Positions 1 to 9,851 of a stretch of DNA of 41,480 nucleotides are shown here, in pieces. The notes beneath the pieces are model-generated. The model searched no databases. It saw only the letters and a list, made by a program, of their open reading frames with translations, and was not told the origin of the DNA. The stretch's first letter is position 1. Every line of letters starts with the position of its first letter. This DNA comes from Promethearchaeota archaeon Loki_b32 (GTDB taxonomy: Archaea > Asgardarchaeota > Lokiarchaeia > Sigyniarchaeales > SOKP01), in NCBI GenBank assembly GCA_005223125.1, contig NJBH01000033.1, positions 1 to 41,480 of the forward strand, given 5' to 3'. Made by a program: the position numbers and the translations under genes.

Positions 1-61
1 CACTATACACATCAAGTGGATCAGGTTCTTTATCCGGTGCTTTTCTTCCTGTACGCGGCAT
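1..61 (-). CDS. 5' end of an unidentified CDS running off the window (MPRTGRKAPDKEPDPLDVYS...)
   Basis: ATG at 61-59, open frame to the window edge, GC-richer than the AT-rich flank. Confidence 0.55.
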   Translation of the reverse strand, partial: MPRTGRKAPDKEPDPLDVYS

Positions 62-206
62 AATTATTTCATCTTATGATATTTTAAATTAAATTTAGAT
101 TAGGTTTTCAAATTACTATATTTTAATTATTGGTTTTACTATTATTTATTTTTATTAGTTTATTGATAAGAAAAAGTATTTTATTAGAGATTTTTTTTTT
201 AGAAAA

Positions 207-656
207 CTAAGATTTTAGAGTAGCCTGACAGAAAGGGCAAGTTGCATAATCTTCATCTAATTCTTCGCCACAATATTCACAAAAATTCTTACTTTTTTTG
301 CCTTCTTTTTTCTTTTTTCTTGGTTGAGGTTTGGTTTCGACAATTTCTTCTACTTCAGGTTCTTCTCTTAATCCTGCTTTATCAAGAACTTTTTCTTTAG
401 GAGTCATAAGTTCACGCTTTTTCTCTGGTTTTACAAATGGTGTCTTTGAATATTCTAATTTAGTGATACAATCGGGACAGTAAGTTTTTGGTCTATTAGA
501 TAAATAAATCAAATATGCAATCACTCCGAAACCTAATGTAACTCCGATTATAATTATCCAAATTATTTTTTGTGTTGTATCTAATGGTTTTCTACTTGCA
601 GTTTCAACCTCATGTTTACATATTTTACAATATGCATATCGGATTTTCTTTGACAT
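207..656 (-). CDS. LITAF-like Zn-knuckle/hydrophobic hairpin membrane protein with C-terminal zinc ribbon
   Basis: CKIC...hydrophobic segment...CPDC, charged linker, then CEYC-x10-CPFC; likely start is MSKK at 656. Confidence 0.7.
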   Translation of the reverse strand: MSKKIRYAYCKICKHEVETASRKPLDTTQKIIWIIIIGVTLGFGVIAYLIYLSNRPKTYCPDCITKLEYSKTPFVKPEKKRELMTPKEKVLDKAGLREEPEVEEIVETKPQPRKKKKEGKKSKNFCEYCGEELDEDYATCPFCQATLKS

Positions 657-810
657 AATATCACACATCAAATGTTTAACTTGTATTTCTATTATAAGAG
701 ATTATTTTAATTAAAAAACGTTTTTAATACCTAATAATCAAGTTCTTTTTATATAAATTTATATTTGTTTAAATGGTTTTGAAAACAAAATGTAAGTATA
801 TGAGTTAGGG

Positions 811-2124
811 ATGATAAAACAATCCTATTACATAGAGACGTATGGATGCACATCGAATAAAGCGGATTCCTATATAATTTCAAATGTCTTAAATAAATCA
901 GATTATACCCAAACCACATTAGAAAGTGCTGAATTTGTTATTATCAACACATGTGCCGTTAAAGAACAAACTGAAAATAAAATAAAAGCACGTTTAGAAC
1001 ATTTACATAAACAATTTCACAAAAATCCTAATAAACATATTATAATTGCCGGTTGCTTACTTTATATAGCCCCAAATTACATTGAAGTAGTTAAAAAAAT
1101 CATTCCGTCGTTTGCGGCTATAATTGATTTAAATAATATTATAGAGCTTCCTGAAATATTACAAGAGATTAAGAATGGAAAGAAAAACTTAATAACCAAA
1201 TCAGCTAGAGTAATTGATAAAGCTAGTTATAACATAGATCATTCTCCTGGAAAAGTAACTGGAATAATTCCGATTTCAGAAGGATGTTTAGGCTCTTGCA
1301 CCTATTGTTGCGTAAAAAATGCGAGAGGAAAGTTAAATTGCTATGATCCTACAAGTATTGTCGAAAATGTTAAGTATCAATTAGAGCAAGGAATAAAACA
1401 AATATATCTGACTTCGCAGGATTGTAGCATTTATCAATATAATGGAATAATACTAGCAGATTTAGTAAGTAAAATTGCTAATTTGAATTATAAATTCTTC
1501 TTAAGAATTGGAATGATAAATCCAAGTTTTTTAATTGATAATATTGAACAATTGATCAAAATTTTCAAACATCAGAAGGTTTACCAATTTTTACATATTC
1601 CAATTCAATCCGGAAGTAATGATGTCCTTAAAAGAATGCAAAGAAAATATTTAATCTCTGACATTATTGATAACATTGATTTTTTAAAGAAAGAATTTAA
1701 GAATCTAACTATATCTACTGATATAATATGTGGTTTTCCCGGCGAAACTGAATACGATTTCTTTAGAACTATAAATTTCACAAAATGGTTAAAACCTGAA
1801 ATTTTGAATATCTCAAAATTTACTGCTAGACCCGGAACTAAGGCAAAACAAATGGAACAATTACATAGCAAATTAATAAAAGAAAGATCTATTAGATTAT
1901 CCAGCGTTTTCCGAAATAGTTTAAGTGAAATAAATAAAAAGTGGAAAGGTTGGGAGGGAGAGGTTTTAGTTTTACATGAAGGTACAGAGCCAAATCAAGG
2001 TTTTGGCAGAAATTATGCTTATAAAAATATATTTATAGCTAATTACGATGGTGAATTCGGCAAATTTGTTAACATTAAAATAGATAAAGTTAAGGGGTTT
2101 AATTTGTTTGGGAAAATTATTTGA
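811..2124 (+). CDS. mtaB: tRNA t6A37 methylthiotransferase (archaeal/CDKAL1-type MtaB), radical SAM
   Basis: N-terminal ETYGC..N / INTCAV, CLGSCTYC rSAM motif, RIGMINP, TDIICGFPGET, C-terminal TRAM-like domain. Confidence 0.9.
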   Translation: MIKQSYYIETYGCTSNKADSYIISNVLNKSDYTQTTLESAEFVIINTCAVKEQTENKIKARLEHLHKQFHKNPNKHIIIAGCLLYIAPNYIEVVKKIIPSFAAIIDLNNIIELPEILQEIKNGKKNLITKSARVIDKASYNIDHSPGKVTGIIPISEGCLGSCTYCCVKNARGKLNCYDPTSIVENVKYQLEQGIKQIYLTSQDCSIYQYNGIILADLVSKIANLNYKFFLRIGMINPSFLIDNIEQLIKIFKHQKVYQFLHIPIQSGSNDVLKRMQRKYLISDIIDNIDFLKKEFKNLTISTDIICGFPGETEYDFFRTINFTKWLKPEILNISKFTARPGTKAKQMEQLHSKLIKERSIRLSSVFRNSLSEINKKWKGWEGEVLVLHEGTEPNQGFGRNYAYKNIFIANYDGEFGKFVNIKIDKVKGFNLFGKII

Positions 2125-2185
2125 TTAAGAAATATGCGATTAAAAATAAAAATAAAAAATTTTAAAAAAAAAAAATATTTTTCTT

Positions 2186-2383
2186 CTACATTTTGTTTCT
2201 ATCTATTAATAATTCTCCATTTGCACCTATATTTTCAGGATTATTTTCTCGGATAATTACTGAAATATGAGTGAAATCTTCAGGATATCCGTAAATTTCT
2301 TTAAATATATTTGTAAATTGTTTAACAAGTTTCCGTTTTGTTTCAATATCACGAGGAGGTCCTTCAATCATAATAATTGGCAT
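2186..2383 (-). CDS. 4-oxalocrotonate tautomerase family protein (DmpI-like)
   Basis: 65 aa, catalytic Pro1 (MPII), ETKRKLV, VIIRENNPENIGANG. Confidence 0.85.
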   Translation of the reverse strand: MPIIMIEGPPRDIETKRKLVKQFTNIFKEIYGYPEDFTHISVIIRENNPENIGANGELLIDRNKM

Positions 2384-2501
2384 TAACTCTCACTTCTTAA
2401 TTATTAATTTGATTTTATATATCAGAATAGATATTATGTTTAATTAGTTAAAAAAAAACTTATATATCAGTTTCATATGATGCTGTTTTTAAATTCTTTT
2501 T

Positions 2502-3401
2502 TCAGAGATTAAAAGCTTCTAATGCTTTTTTAGCTACAATATCTCCCCATTCTTGAACAAAATGTCCCGCTTCCTTAATTCTTAAAGGTTTTGGACATCC
2601 CTTAATATAAGTCCTTAAAATACGCATGACCGATGGTCCTAATACAGGATCTTGCATCCCAACTGCCATAAAAGTTTCACCGGACCAATCATTCTGAAAC
2701 CAGGCTCTAGCCCGTTGTGAAATCTTTGCTCCAGGGGCATCAGGATGATCAGGTACCATGTTTGGAAATCTTCGAACTCCTGCCTTGTATTTAATATCTG
2801 GAAAAGGAGCATTATAGGCTGTTTTCTCATCCTCTGTTAAATGAGGACATTGTCGTGCTAATAACCGTCCTGGTTCAATATCTGGATGACTATTATTCCA
2901 ATCGCGCCAAAATATGAATCCTTTTGAAAGTGGAACATCACCTACCCCTAACCAAGTATTCATTAATAAAAGTCTAGAAAATCTATTTGGCATATCCATA
3001 GGTAATGTAAGCCCAAGTAAACCTCCCCAATCTTGACAAACGAGTGTGATATTATTAAGATCAAGGCGTTTTATAAATTCTAATAGAGAATTTCGGTGAA
3101 AATCAAAGGTATATACTTGTTCTTCATTAGGTTTATCAGACTTGCCAAATCCAAAAAAATCTGGAGCAATTATATGATACCCGGCATTTAAAAAAATAGG
3201 AATCATTTTACGATACAAATAACTCCATGTAGGCTGTCCATGTAGACATAAAAATACTTCATTAGAATCTTTTGGTCCTTCATCAATGTAATGCATTCTT
3301 AAATTTTCATACCCATTAAGATCATCAATGTAATGAGGTTCATATGGAAAGTTAGGAAGTTTCTCAAATCTATCATCTGGAGTTCTTAAAAATTCTATAA
3401 T
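2502..3401 (-). CDS. Haloalkane dehalogenase (alpha/beta hydrolase); true start probably ATT 3401 or ATA 3398
   Basis: LHGQPTWSYLYR, QDWGG nucleophile, AGHFVQE; the conserved N-terminus EFLRTPDDRFEKLPNFPYEPHY lies upstream of the called ATG at 3296. Confidence 0.88.
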   Translation of the reverse strand: MIEFLRTPDDRFEKLPNFPYEPHYIDDLNGYENLRMHYIDEGPKDSNEVFLCLHGQPTWSYLYRKMIPIFLNAGYHIIAPDFFGFGKSDKPNEEQVYTFDFHRNSLLEFIKRLDLNNITLVCQDWGGLLGLTLPMDMPNRFSRLLLMNTWLGVGDVPLSKGFIFWRDWNNSHPDIEPGRLLARQCPHLTEDEKTAYNAPFPDIKYKAGVRRFPNMVPDHPDAPGAKISQRARAWFQNDWSGETFMAVGMQDPVLGPSVMRILRTYIKGCPKPLRIKEAGHFVQEWGDIVAKKALEAFNL

Positions 3402-3524
3402 AATTAATCACTATATATTATTATTTTAAAGATTCTTAAATTTGAAATAAGCTTGATAATTAAGTGATATAATCTCATATTAATTTTATTAAAAAGAAGA
3501 GAATAGACTATATAGGTAAATTTC

Positions 3525-4694
3525 ATGTCTGAAAAACTATATTGGAAAGACGCTTATGAAACTAAGTTTTCTGCAAAAGTAATCGCAATTAATGAAGAAG
3601 GGGTTGTGCTCGAAAAAACGTTATTTTATCCCGAAAGTGGAAACCAAGCGAGTGATCTAGGAAGTTTATCAATTAGAAATCTTAAATTTAAAGTTGATAA
3701 AGTATCTAAAGATGGAGAACATATTGTGCATCATATCTCTTCTGATTTTAAAGATAAAATTAATGTTGGAGATGAAGTTGATGGGGAAATTGATTGGGAA
3801 TATAGATATGGTATAATGAAAGCTCATACTTCTCAACACATTTTTTCAGCTGTGATTAAAAATAAGTTTGATATTGATACTGTTCGGGCAAATCTTAACT
3901 TTGAAGATGTATTTCTCCAAATGTCTCAAGAAATAGACTACAAACAATTGAATGAGATTTTAACTAAAGTTAATTCTATTTGTACTTCCCATAATCTAAC
4001 AGTGGACGCACGTGTAATACCAAATATAGAAGCTGAAAAAATAACTGAAAGGATAAGAAGTGCAATTCCAGATGAATCTAAAATAAGATTAATCGAAATA
4101 AAGGATTTAGATTTAGTGTGTTGTGGAGGAACTCATATTCAAAATACGATTGAAATTGGTAGGATATATACTTATGAATTTAAAAAAGGAACAGAGATTA
4201 GATATTTTGTAGGAAATAAAGCTTTACTGTTAGGTTCTAAAATTAATTTAGAATTAATTGCTCTAGCTAATGAATTAAATAATCCATTAGTGAAAACTCT
4301 CAATGTAATTAAAAAGCGTATGAAACTCTTTGAAACTCACCAAGAACAACAAAGAGATTTATCCATTATGTTCTTGGAAGCACTATCTAAATCACCCCTT
4401 AAAGAAATCAACGAAGTTTCACTATTTTACATCAATTTTAACGTTGATATAAAGATTTTAAACAAATCATTAGATAATTTTCCATCAAATTCACTTATTA
4501 TTGTAAAATTTGAAGACAACAAAATAAGAATACTCTCTCCAAATGAAATAATAGATTCGAATAAATTATTACAAGAACTTATCCAGAAATATGGTGGAAA
4601 AGGTGGAGGAAATCCTAAATCTTCTCAAGGTTTTTTAGAGAAAATGCCTGAAAAATTATTATCTGAGATAGAATTACTCCTTTCTAGAGATTGA
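3525..4694 (+). CDS. alaX: Alanyl-tRNA editing protein AlaX with C-terminal DHHA1 domain
   Basis: TLFYPESGNQ..D.G, HTSQH and CCGGTH Zn ligands, GGKGGG DHHA1 motif. Confidence 0.85.
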   Translation: MSEKLYWKDAYETKFSAKVIAINEEGVVLEKTLFYPESGNQASDLGSLSIRNLKFKVDKVSKDGEHIVHHISSDFKDKINVGDEVDGEIDWEYRYGIMKAHTSQHIFSAVIKNKFDIDTVRANLNFEDVFLQMSQEIDYKQLNEILTKVNSICTSHNLTVDARVIPNIEAEKITERIRSAIPDESKIRLIEIKDLDLVCCGGTHIQNTIEIGRIYTYEFKKGTEIRYFVGNKALLLGSKINLELIALANELNNPLVKTLNVIKKRMKLFETHQEQQRDLSIMFLEALSKSPLKEINEVSLFYINFNVDIKILNKSLDNFPSNSLIIVKFEDNKIRILSPNEIIDSNKLLQELIQKYGGKGGGNPKSSQGFLEKMPEKLLSEIELLLSRD

Positions 4695-4744
4695 AAAAGA
4701 ATTAAAATATAGGTATTAATAAAATTAGGAAGAATTATTAAAAA

Positions 4745-5629
4745 TTATTTAAAACCGTATTTTTCTAAAAACGCTGTTAATCGTGTACGATGGAATTTCA
4801 AGCCTAAATCATCAGGATTTTCACCAAAAGCAAGTGCTAATAATTCAGTGATGTATAATACAGGTATACCAAATGTATTATCTCCAATTTTTTCTGCTTT
4901 CTTCTGATTATTATCAAATTGCTGATAACATGCAGGACAATTAACAATAATTGCTTCAGCGCCAGCATTCATAGCACTAATTAATTTATTTGATAATATT
5001 TGCATTGCTGGCTCTTCTTCTGTATTTCCCGTTCCCGTACCACAACAAAGCACTTCTTCTTCATAATCGACTGGAATTGCTCCTGTTGCCGCGACGAGTT
5101 CTCTTAGTTTAACAGGATTCATAGGATCATCAGTTTGCAGTTTCTCTGAGGGTCTATTATAGTGGCATCCCGTATGGCAGGCAACTTTTAATCCACTCAA
5201 TTCTTTTGTTATATGCTCATTTATTTTATCAACATATTCATGTAAGACTTCTACAAAATGTTTCACATTGACAGTTCCTTTGAATTCCTTCCCAACTGTT
5301 TTTAGAATTTTATTAATTTTATCTTTTTCATGATCATCATGCTTTAATTCTTCATTAACAAGTTTTAATGTTTGAAAACACCCATTACATAAAGAAATAA
5401 TATTTTTTCCTTCAGCTTCAGCGATAGTAAGATTTCTTGCGCCCATTGCCATCCAGCTTAGATGGTCAACACTATTGAATCCAACTGGATCTGGACAGCA
5501 TGCAAATGCAGCATCAGAGGTTTTTATACCGAGTTTATCAAACACTTTTCTTGCTGAGGCTTCTATAAAAGGAATTCTGTTTCCGATAACACATCCTTGA
5601 AACATTTTATATTCTTCCGCTTTAGCCAT
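4745..5629 (-). CDS. hdrB: Heterodisulfide reductase subunit B (CCG domains), stand-alone
   Basis: FQGC, ACCPDP, LCNGC, HTGCH..RP, LCCG, NCPAC..QFD, IPVLYITELLALA. Confidence 0.9.
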   Translation of the reverse strand: MAKAEEYKMFQGCVIGNRIPFIEASARKVFDKLGIKTSDAAFACCPDPVGFNSVDHLSWMAMGARNLTIAEAEGKNIISLCNGCFQTLKLVNEELKHDDHEKDKINKILKTVGKEFKGTVNVKHFVEVLHEYVDKINEHITKELSGLKVACHTGCHYNRPSEKLQTDDPMNPVKLRELVAATGAIPVDYEEEVLCCGTGTGNTEEEPAMQILSNKLISAMNAGAEAIIVNCPACYQQFDNNQKKAEKIGDNTFGIPVLYITELLALAFGENPDDLGLKFHRTRLTAFLEKYGFK

Positions 5630-5803
5630 TATTAATTCCTCTTTCTATTTTCTTAAAATAGATGATATGTATTTTTATTTAATAATATTTAGATCTATTA
5701 AAATTACATTAAAAAATTTGTTAAACAAATCAAAAAGTACTGGATTATAATCAAGATAAAAAAAATAAATATAGAAAGTAAAAAGCTTATACTTTATTGT
5801 AAA

Positions 5804-6238
5804 TTAATCCTTTTTTAACTTCCTTCTAGCGATTATCGTGAGTATAATACCTACAAATCCATAACTGCCATGGGCAATTTGTGTAATAATCGCCTGCATA
5901 TCGGAATAAATTGACCCTTCGAAAATTCCTGTAATAAAGAATATTATTAAACCAATTAATCCCATGCCAGCACCGAGACCTATAATAAATTTCCCTAATC
6001 TGAAATGATCCATAGCAACAATTAAAGCTCCAACAATGACAGCTATTCCTCCGCTCATAGCGATGTATCCTAAGATTTGCACAGCTAGCGAGACAATTGC
6101 AGCTACATCCGGTCCAACATCTGCTGCGATTATCCCATAAAGAGTCTCAAAAAAAGTAATGCTCCCCACAGTAGAACTGATAATCATTAAAATTCCACCA
6201 ACTATACATGCTAAAATCCATATCCGCTTTTTTCCCAT
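5804..6238 (-). CDS. Hypothetical 4-TM membrane protein, paralog of 8322-8945
   Basis: Hydrophobic segments; shares GGILMIISST.GSI, GG.AVI.GAL and FR.GK with 8322-8945. Confidence 0.75.
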   Translation of the reverse strand: MGKKRIWILACIVGGILMIISSTVGSITFFETLYGIIAADVGPDVAAIVSLAVQILGYIAMSGGIAVIVGALIVAMDHFRLGKFIIGLGAGMGLIGLIIFFITGIFEGSIYSDMQAIITQIAHGSYGFVGIILTIIARRKLKKD

Positions 6239-6371
6239 CGTTTTTTACACTTCGAACATTCATTTTAAAATTAAGTATCTATGATTTATTTCAAGAATAT
6301 ATAAAACTTTTTTCAATAAATTAATAGGTTTATAGACTTATTTTGATCCAAACGAGTAGTAAATTAGATGA

Positions 6372-7193
6372 CTAAGTTATAATCCTCTGGGGGTGAGTAT
6401 AAATATTCATCCTCGCTCCGCGCGCAAATCCAATTAAAGTAATTCCATAGGCAAAGGCTAGTCGAATCCCAGATTCAATTGCTGCAGAAAAAGAAGCAAC
6501 AATGGGGATCCTTGCTCTTAATGCTTTTAAAACTGAATCACCTGTCAATCTACCTGTCGAAGTTAGAAACACATTATCAAAATTAAGTTCTTTCAATAAT
6601 ATTTCTCCAATAACTTTATCAATCGCGTTGTGTCTACCTATATCTTCTTTAACGCTTAATAATTTTCCGTTAATATCGAATATGGCGGCTCCATGGCAAC
6701 CGCCAGTCTCCCGATAAAGCGGAGTTTTGACTTGCATTTTTTTTATGGCAGATAATATCGTGCTCGCACTAATCTTTATATTATCCTTTGCTTTAATTGC
6801 ACTTCTTATATTAGCTTTATCAAGGCTTTCTTTAATTAAATTTCGCCATGGAGATGATATACCACATGTAGTATCAACTACACGACTCACGGGATTAATA
6901 TCAAGATTTTCAATTTCAAAATCAATCTCTTCTTTCAACTCAACAAGAATCGAATTTTCTAATTCATTTACTTTGATTTCTTTAATATCTTTTATTGAGT
7001 CAATTATACCTATTGAAAATAGAAATCCCGCTGCTAATTCTTTTAAATCTTTAGCGAGACAAATGATATTCACAATCTGCATAGAATTAACATACAAATC
7101 AATTGGCGTTTCATATAGAACTATATCATCGATCTCTTCTTTCCTATTTTTCTTTATTCTAAATATCTTTACTTTTCTTTTAATCAAGGTCAA
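6372..7193 (-). CDS. fdhD: Formate dehydrogenase accessory sulfurtransferase FdhD
   Basis: ELAAGFL, TTCG, TGGCHGAA, EDIGRHNAIDKVIG, STGR, LIGFARG. Confidence 0.93.
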   Translation of the reverse strand: MTLIKRKVKIFRIKKNRKEEIDDIVLYETPIDLYVNSMQIVNIICLAKDLKELAAGFLFSIGIIDSIKDIKEIKVNELENSILVELKEEIDFEIENLDINPVSRVVDTTCGISSPWRNLIKESLDKANIRSAIKAKDNIKISASTILSAIKKMQVKTPLYRETGGCHGAAIFDINGKLLSVKEDIGRHNAIDKVIGEILLKELNFDNVFLTSTGRLTGDSVLKALRARIPIVASFSAAIESGIRLAFAYGITLIGFARGARMNIYTHPQRIIT

Positions 7194-7299
7194 ACCGTTA
7201 AATAGAGAGATTTGAATTTTATTAGCTTGAATAGTATTTAATATTTTCTCTAAATATTAAAAAAAAAGATTATTAGATCTTCTTGGTTTAAAACAGAAT

Positions 7300-8238
7300 T
7301 CATATAATCTGATAAGTTTTTTGTGTGAAATTATCCCGTGTATAAAAGCCAAACTTTTTGTATAGTCCCAAAGCTTTTTCATTTTTGGTATCAACAGATA
7401 AATTAATTATTGTACACCCTTTCTTTCGAAGTGTTTCAATTCCAAATGCGAGCACGGCGCTCCCTATTTTATGATGTTGATAACTTGGAACAACACTTAA
7501 ATCTCCAATTAGACCAATACGATCTTGTTTCGGATTGAAATATGCATCACAAAACCCAACAATTTTATCTTTTTCATAAGCGATACAATAATCAACGATG
7601 TGATCTCTTTTTAATGCTTCTTGTATTTCTTGCCATTTCTTTTCCGTTATTGCTGCAAACTTAAATGATCCTTGAAAAGCCTCATTTAATACAGCAATAA
7701 AACTAGCATAATCATCTATCTCCTTTTGAGTCCGAATTTTAATACCCTCCGGAATACCAGGATTAGAAAATAAATCAAAATCATCCAAACGCATAGACCA
7801 GTTATAATTAACTGGTCTGAAGCCTAAATTCTCTAATTTCTTATCAAAAGGTGCCGATAATTCTCCGAATGTTTGAAATAAGAGTTCTGGAACATTTAGC
7901 TCCTTTCCAAGATTTAAAATAGCATCAATTAATTTTCCAGGGAGCTCTGATTTAATATATTCAGGTAATACACCATATATAACAAGCAAAGCATCTTTAT
8001 AGAGTGGAATATTGCCTACACCCACAAAAGCAATAATTTCACCTTGCTTATTTTCAAAAATCAAAAAGTCTCGTGAAAAGACAGTCTCTTTACCCAATAT
8101 TACATGAACAAACTCTTCAGTCAATTCAAATGTAGTTTCAGGATTTAAATATTTAGCCATTTGATTGTACAAATCTACAATTATAGAAAGTCCAATTGTG
8201 TCATCATATGGTTTAATCTTAAAGAAATTCGCTTCCAT
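7300..8238 (-). CDS. Tandem-domain GNAT acetyltransferase
   Basis: V.PSYQHHKIGSAVL motif A, N.KALGLYKKFGF. Confidence 0.85.
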   Translation of the reverse strand: MEANFFKIKPYDDTIGLSIIVDLYNQMAKYLNPETTFELTEEFVHVILGKETVFSRDFLIFENKQGEIIAFVGVGNIPLYKDALLVIYGVLPEYIKSELPGKLIDAILNLGKELNVPELLFQTFGELSAPFDKKLENLGFRPVNYNWSMRLDDFDLFSNPGIPEGIKIRTQKEIDDYASFIAVLNEAFQGSFKFAAITEKKWQEIQEALKRDHIVDYCIAYEKDKIVGFCDAYFNPKQDRIGLIGDLSVVPSYQHHKIGSAVLAFGIETLRKKGCTIINLSVDTKNEKALGLYKKFGFYTRDNFTQKTYQII

Positions 8239-8321
8239 AATTTATTAAAATTGTAATTAGATATTTAACAATAACGGTTAGTAAAAATTCTTACTCAATC
8301 TAAATTTTTAGGGGAAAAACT

Positions 8322-8945
8322 TTATTCTCTCTCAAAAGTCTTGCCACATTCACTACAGAACTCAGCATTAAATGGTAAAGATGCTTCACAGCTTGGACAA
8401 GAAATTTTTTGAAAAGGAATTGGTGTAGTAGAATCAGTTTCTTCCTTTTCTTCTGTAATTTCAGCTTCTTCTTGAATTTTTTCAGGTTTTTTAATAAAGT
8501 TTCTCCCAATAATCGCAACTGTAACTCCCCCAAATTGTAACCCCGTATTATATGTGAAAAACCCTTCCAGTTTATCTAAATAAAGTAGAATCTGAGGATC
8601 AGTAACAATATTTGTCATGTCAACAATTTGTGAAATTAGCCAAATGATTAATGCAAGTGTACCAAAAGTTAATCCAATCCCAACAAGCCACTTTCCAAAT
8701 CTAAATTGTTTTATTGCTATAAAAAGAGCTCCTATTATTACTGCAACTCCTCCTATATCAGCGATCCATCTCATTATAGTAATTAATATTTCTAAAATTG
8801 GTTTTGTCCATGCGAGGTTTGAAGGGATTTGAGTATTAATTAATCCATATAGAACTTCATAAATTCCAATACTTCCAATGGTGGAACTAATGATCATTAA
8901 AATTCCACCTATAATTAGAAGGATTATTCCTAATTTATTTGGCAT
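8322..8945 (-). CDS. 4-TM membrane protein with C-terminal zinc ribbon
   Basis: Hydrophobic helices, CPSC-x10-CSECG. Confidence 0.75.
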   Translation of the reverse strand: MPNKLGIILLIIGGILMIISSTIGSIGIYEVLYGLINTQIPSNLAWTKPILEILITIMRWIADIGGVAVIIGALFIAIKQFRFGKWLVGIGLTFGTLALIIWLISQIVDMTNIVTDPQILLYLDKLEGFFTYNTGLQFGGVTVAIIGRNFIKKPEKIQEEAEITEEKEETDSTTPIPFQKISCPSCEASLPFNAEFCSECGKTFERE

Positions 8946-8995
8946 ATTATTAACCTATTGAATTATTAATAAAAGATTTAGTAAATTTAGGAGAT

Positions 8996-9847
8996 TTATG
9001 CTGCAACAAATAATCTACCGTTGGAACTATTGGAAATTTCACCAGTTTTTTTATCAATTTTAGAATGATTCTTCTCAACTGAATGATCGCCACTATATTC
9101 AGTAAATTTTCCTTTGATAATATCACCGTTCATTAATTCGATTTCTTCTACTTCACCCAATTTCTTATATGAAGGAAGGATTCTCGCTACTTTACCTTTA
9201 ACAACAATGGTTCCACGTACTTGATCTGCTCCAATACACCTGTCACAGTCCCCTTCAACGATAATAGTACCTCCGTGACTGTGAATACCCAAGAAAGAAC
9301 CTGCTGCACCACAAATTAGCGTAGGAAATCGTTTTGCAGGTTTCGAACCATTGACCCATGTTAAGGCTTCATCACCTATCTTACCCTTCACTTTTATTAA
9401 ACCATTTTGCATTCCTTTCCAATTTCCTCTATAAGCAGCACCAACATAATGTCCTGCATCTCCAGTAATTTCTAATTCACCACCTTTTAACATAGCACCA
9501 GCCCAATCATCAGCACTTCCATTAACTAGTATTTTTCCTCCAGACATATTATTTCCTACGTGCATTCCTACATTGTCATTTATTATTATTTCTCCACCAC
9601 TCATTTTTTCTCCGATTCTTTTGACATTTGAAAGATTTCCATCGACTATAATTTTAATCTCATTTAATTCTCCTCCTTCACCAGTAACATCGAAAAAGTC
9701 TCCTATTGTTTTTTCTTCATTTCCATGATATACAGTTAATTTTTTTATATCTGCTGCTGATTTTCCTGCAAATGCATCTGGTGTTATAGTGTCAGCTTCT
9801 AACGGAAATTCATATTCTTTTTTTAATTTTAATTTGATTTCAGCCAT
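8996..9847 (-). CDS. fwdC: Formylmethanofuran dehydrogenase subunit C
   Basis: PLEAD.ITPD, GXGXG repeats (IG..MSGG, AYRG.WKGM); operon context. Confidence 0.92.
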   Translation of the reverse strand: MAEIKLKLKKEYEFPLEADTITPDAFAGKSAADIKKLTVYHGNEEKTIGDFFDVTGEGGELNEIKIIVDGNLSNVKRIGEKMSGGEIIINDNVGMHVGNNMSGGKILVNGSADDWAGAMLKGGELEITGDAGHYVGAAYRGNWKGMQNGLIKVKGKIGDEALTWVNGSKPAKRFPTLICGAAGSFLGIHSHGGTIIVEGDCDRCIGADQVRGTIVVKGKVARILPSYKKLGEVEEIELMNGDIIKGKFTEYSGDHSVEKNHSKIDKKTGEISNSSNGRLFVAA

Positions 9848-9851
9848 TTTT

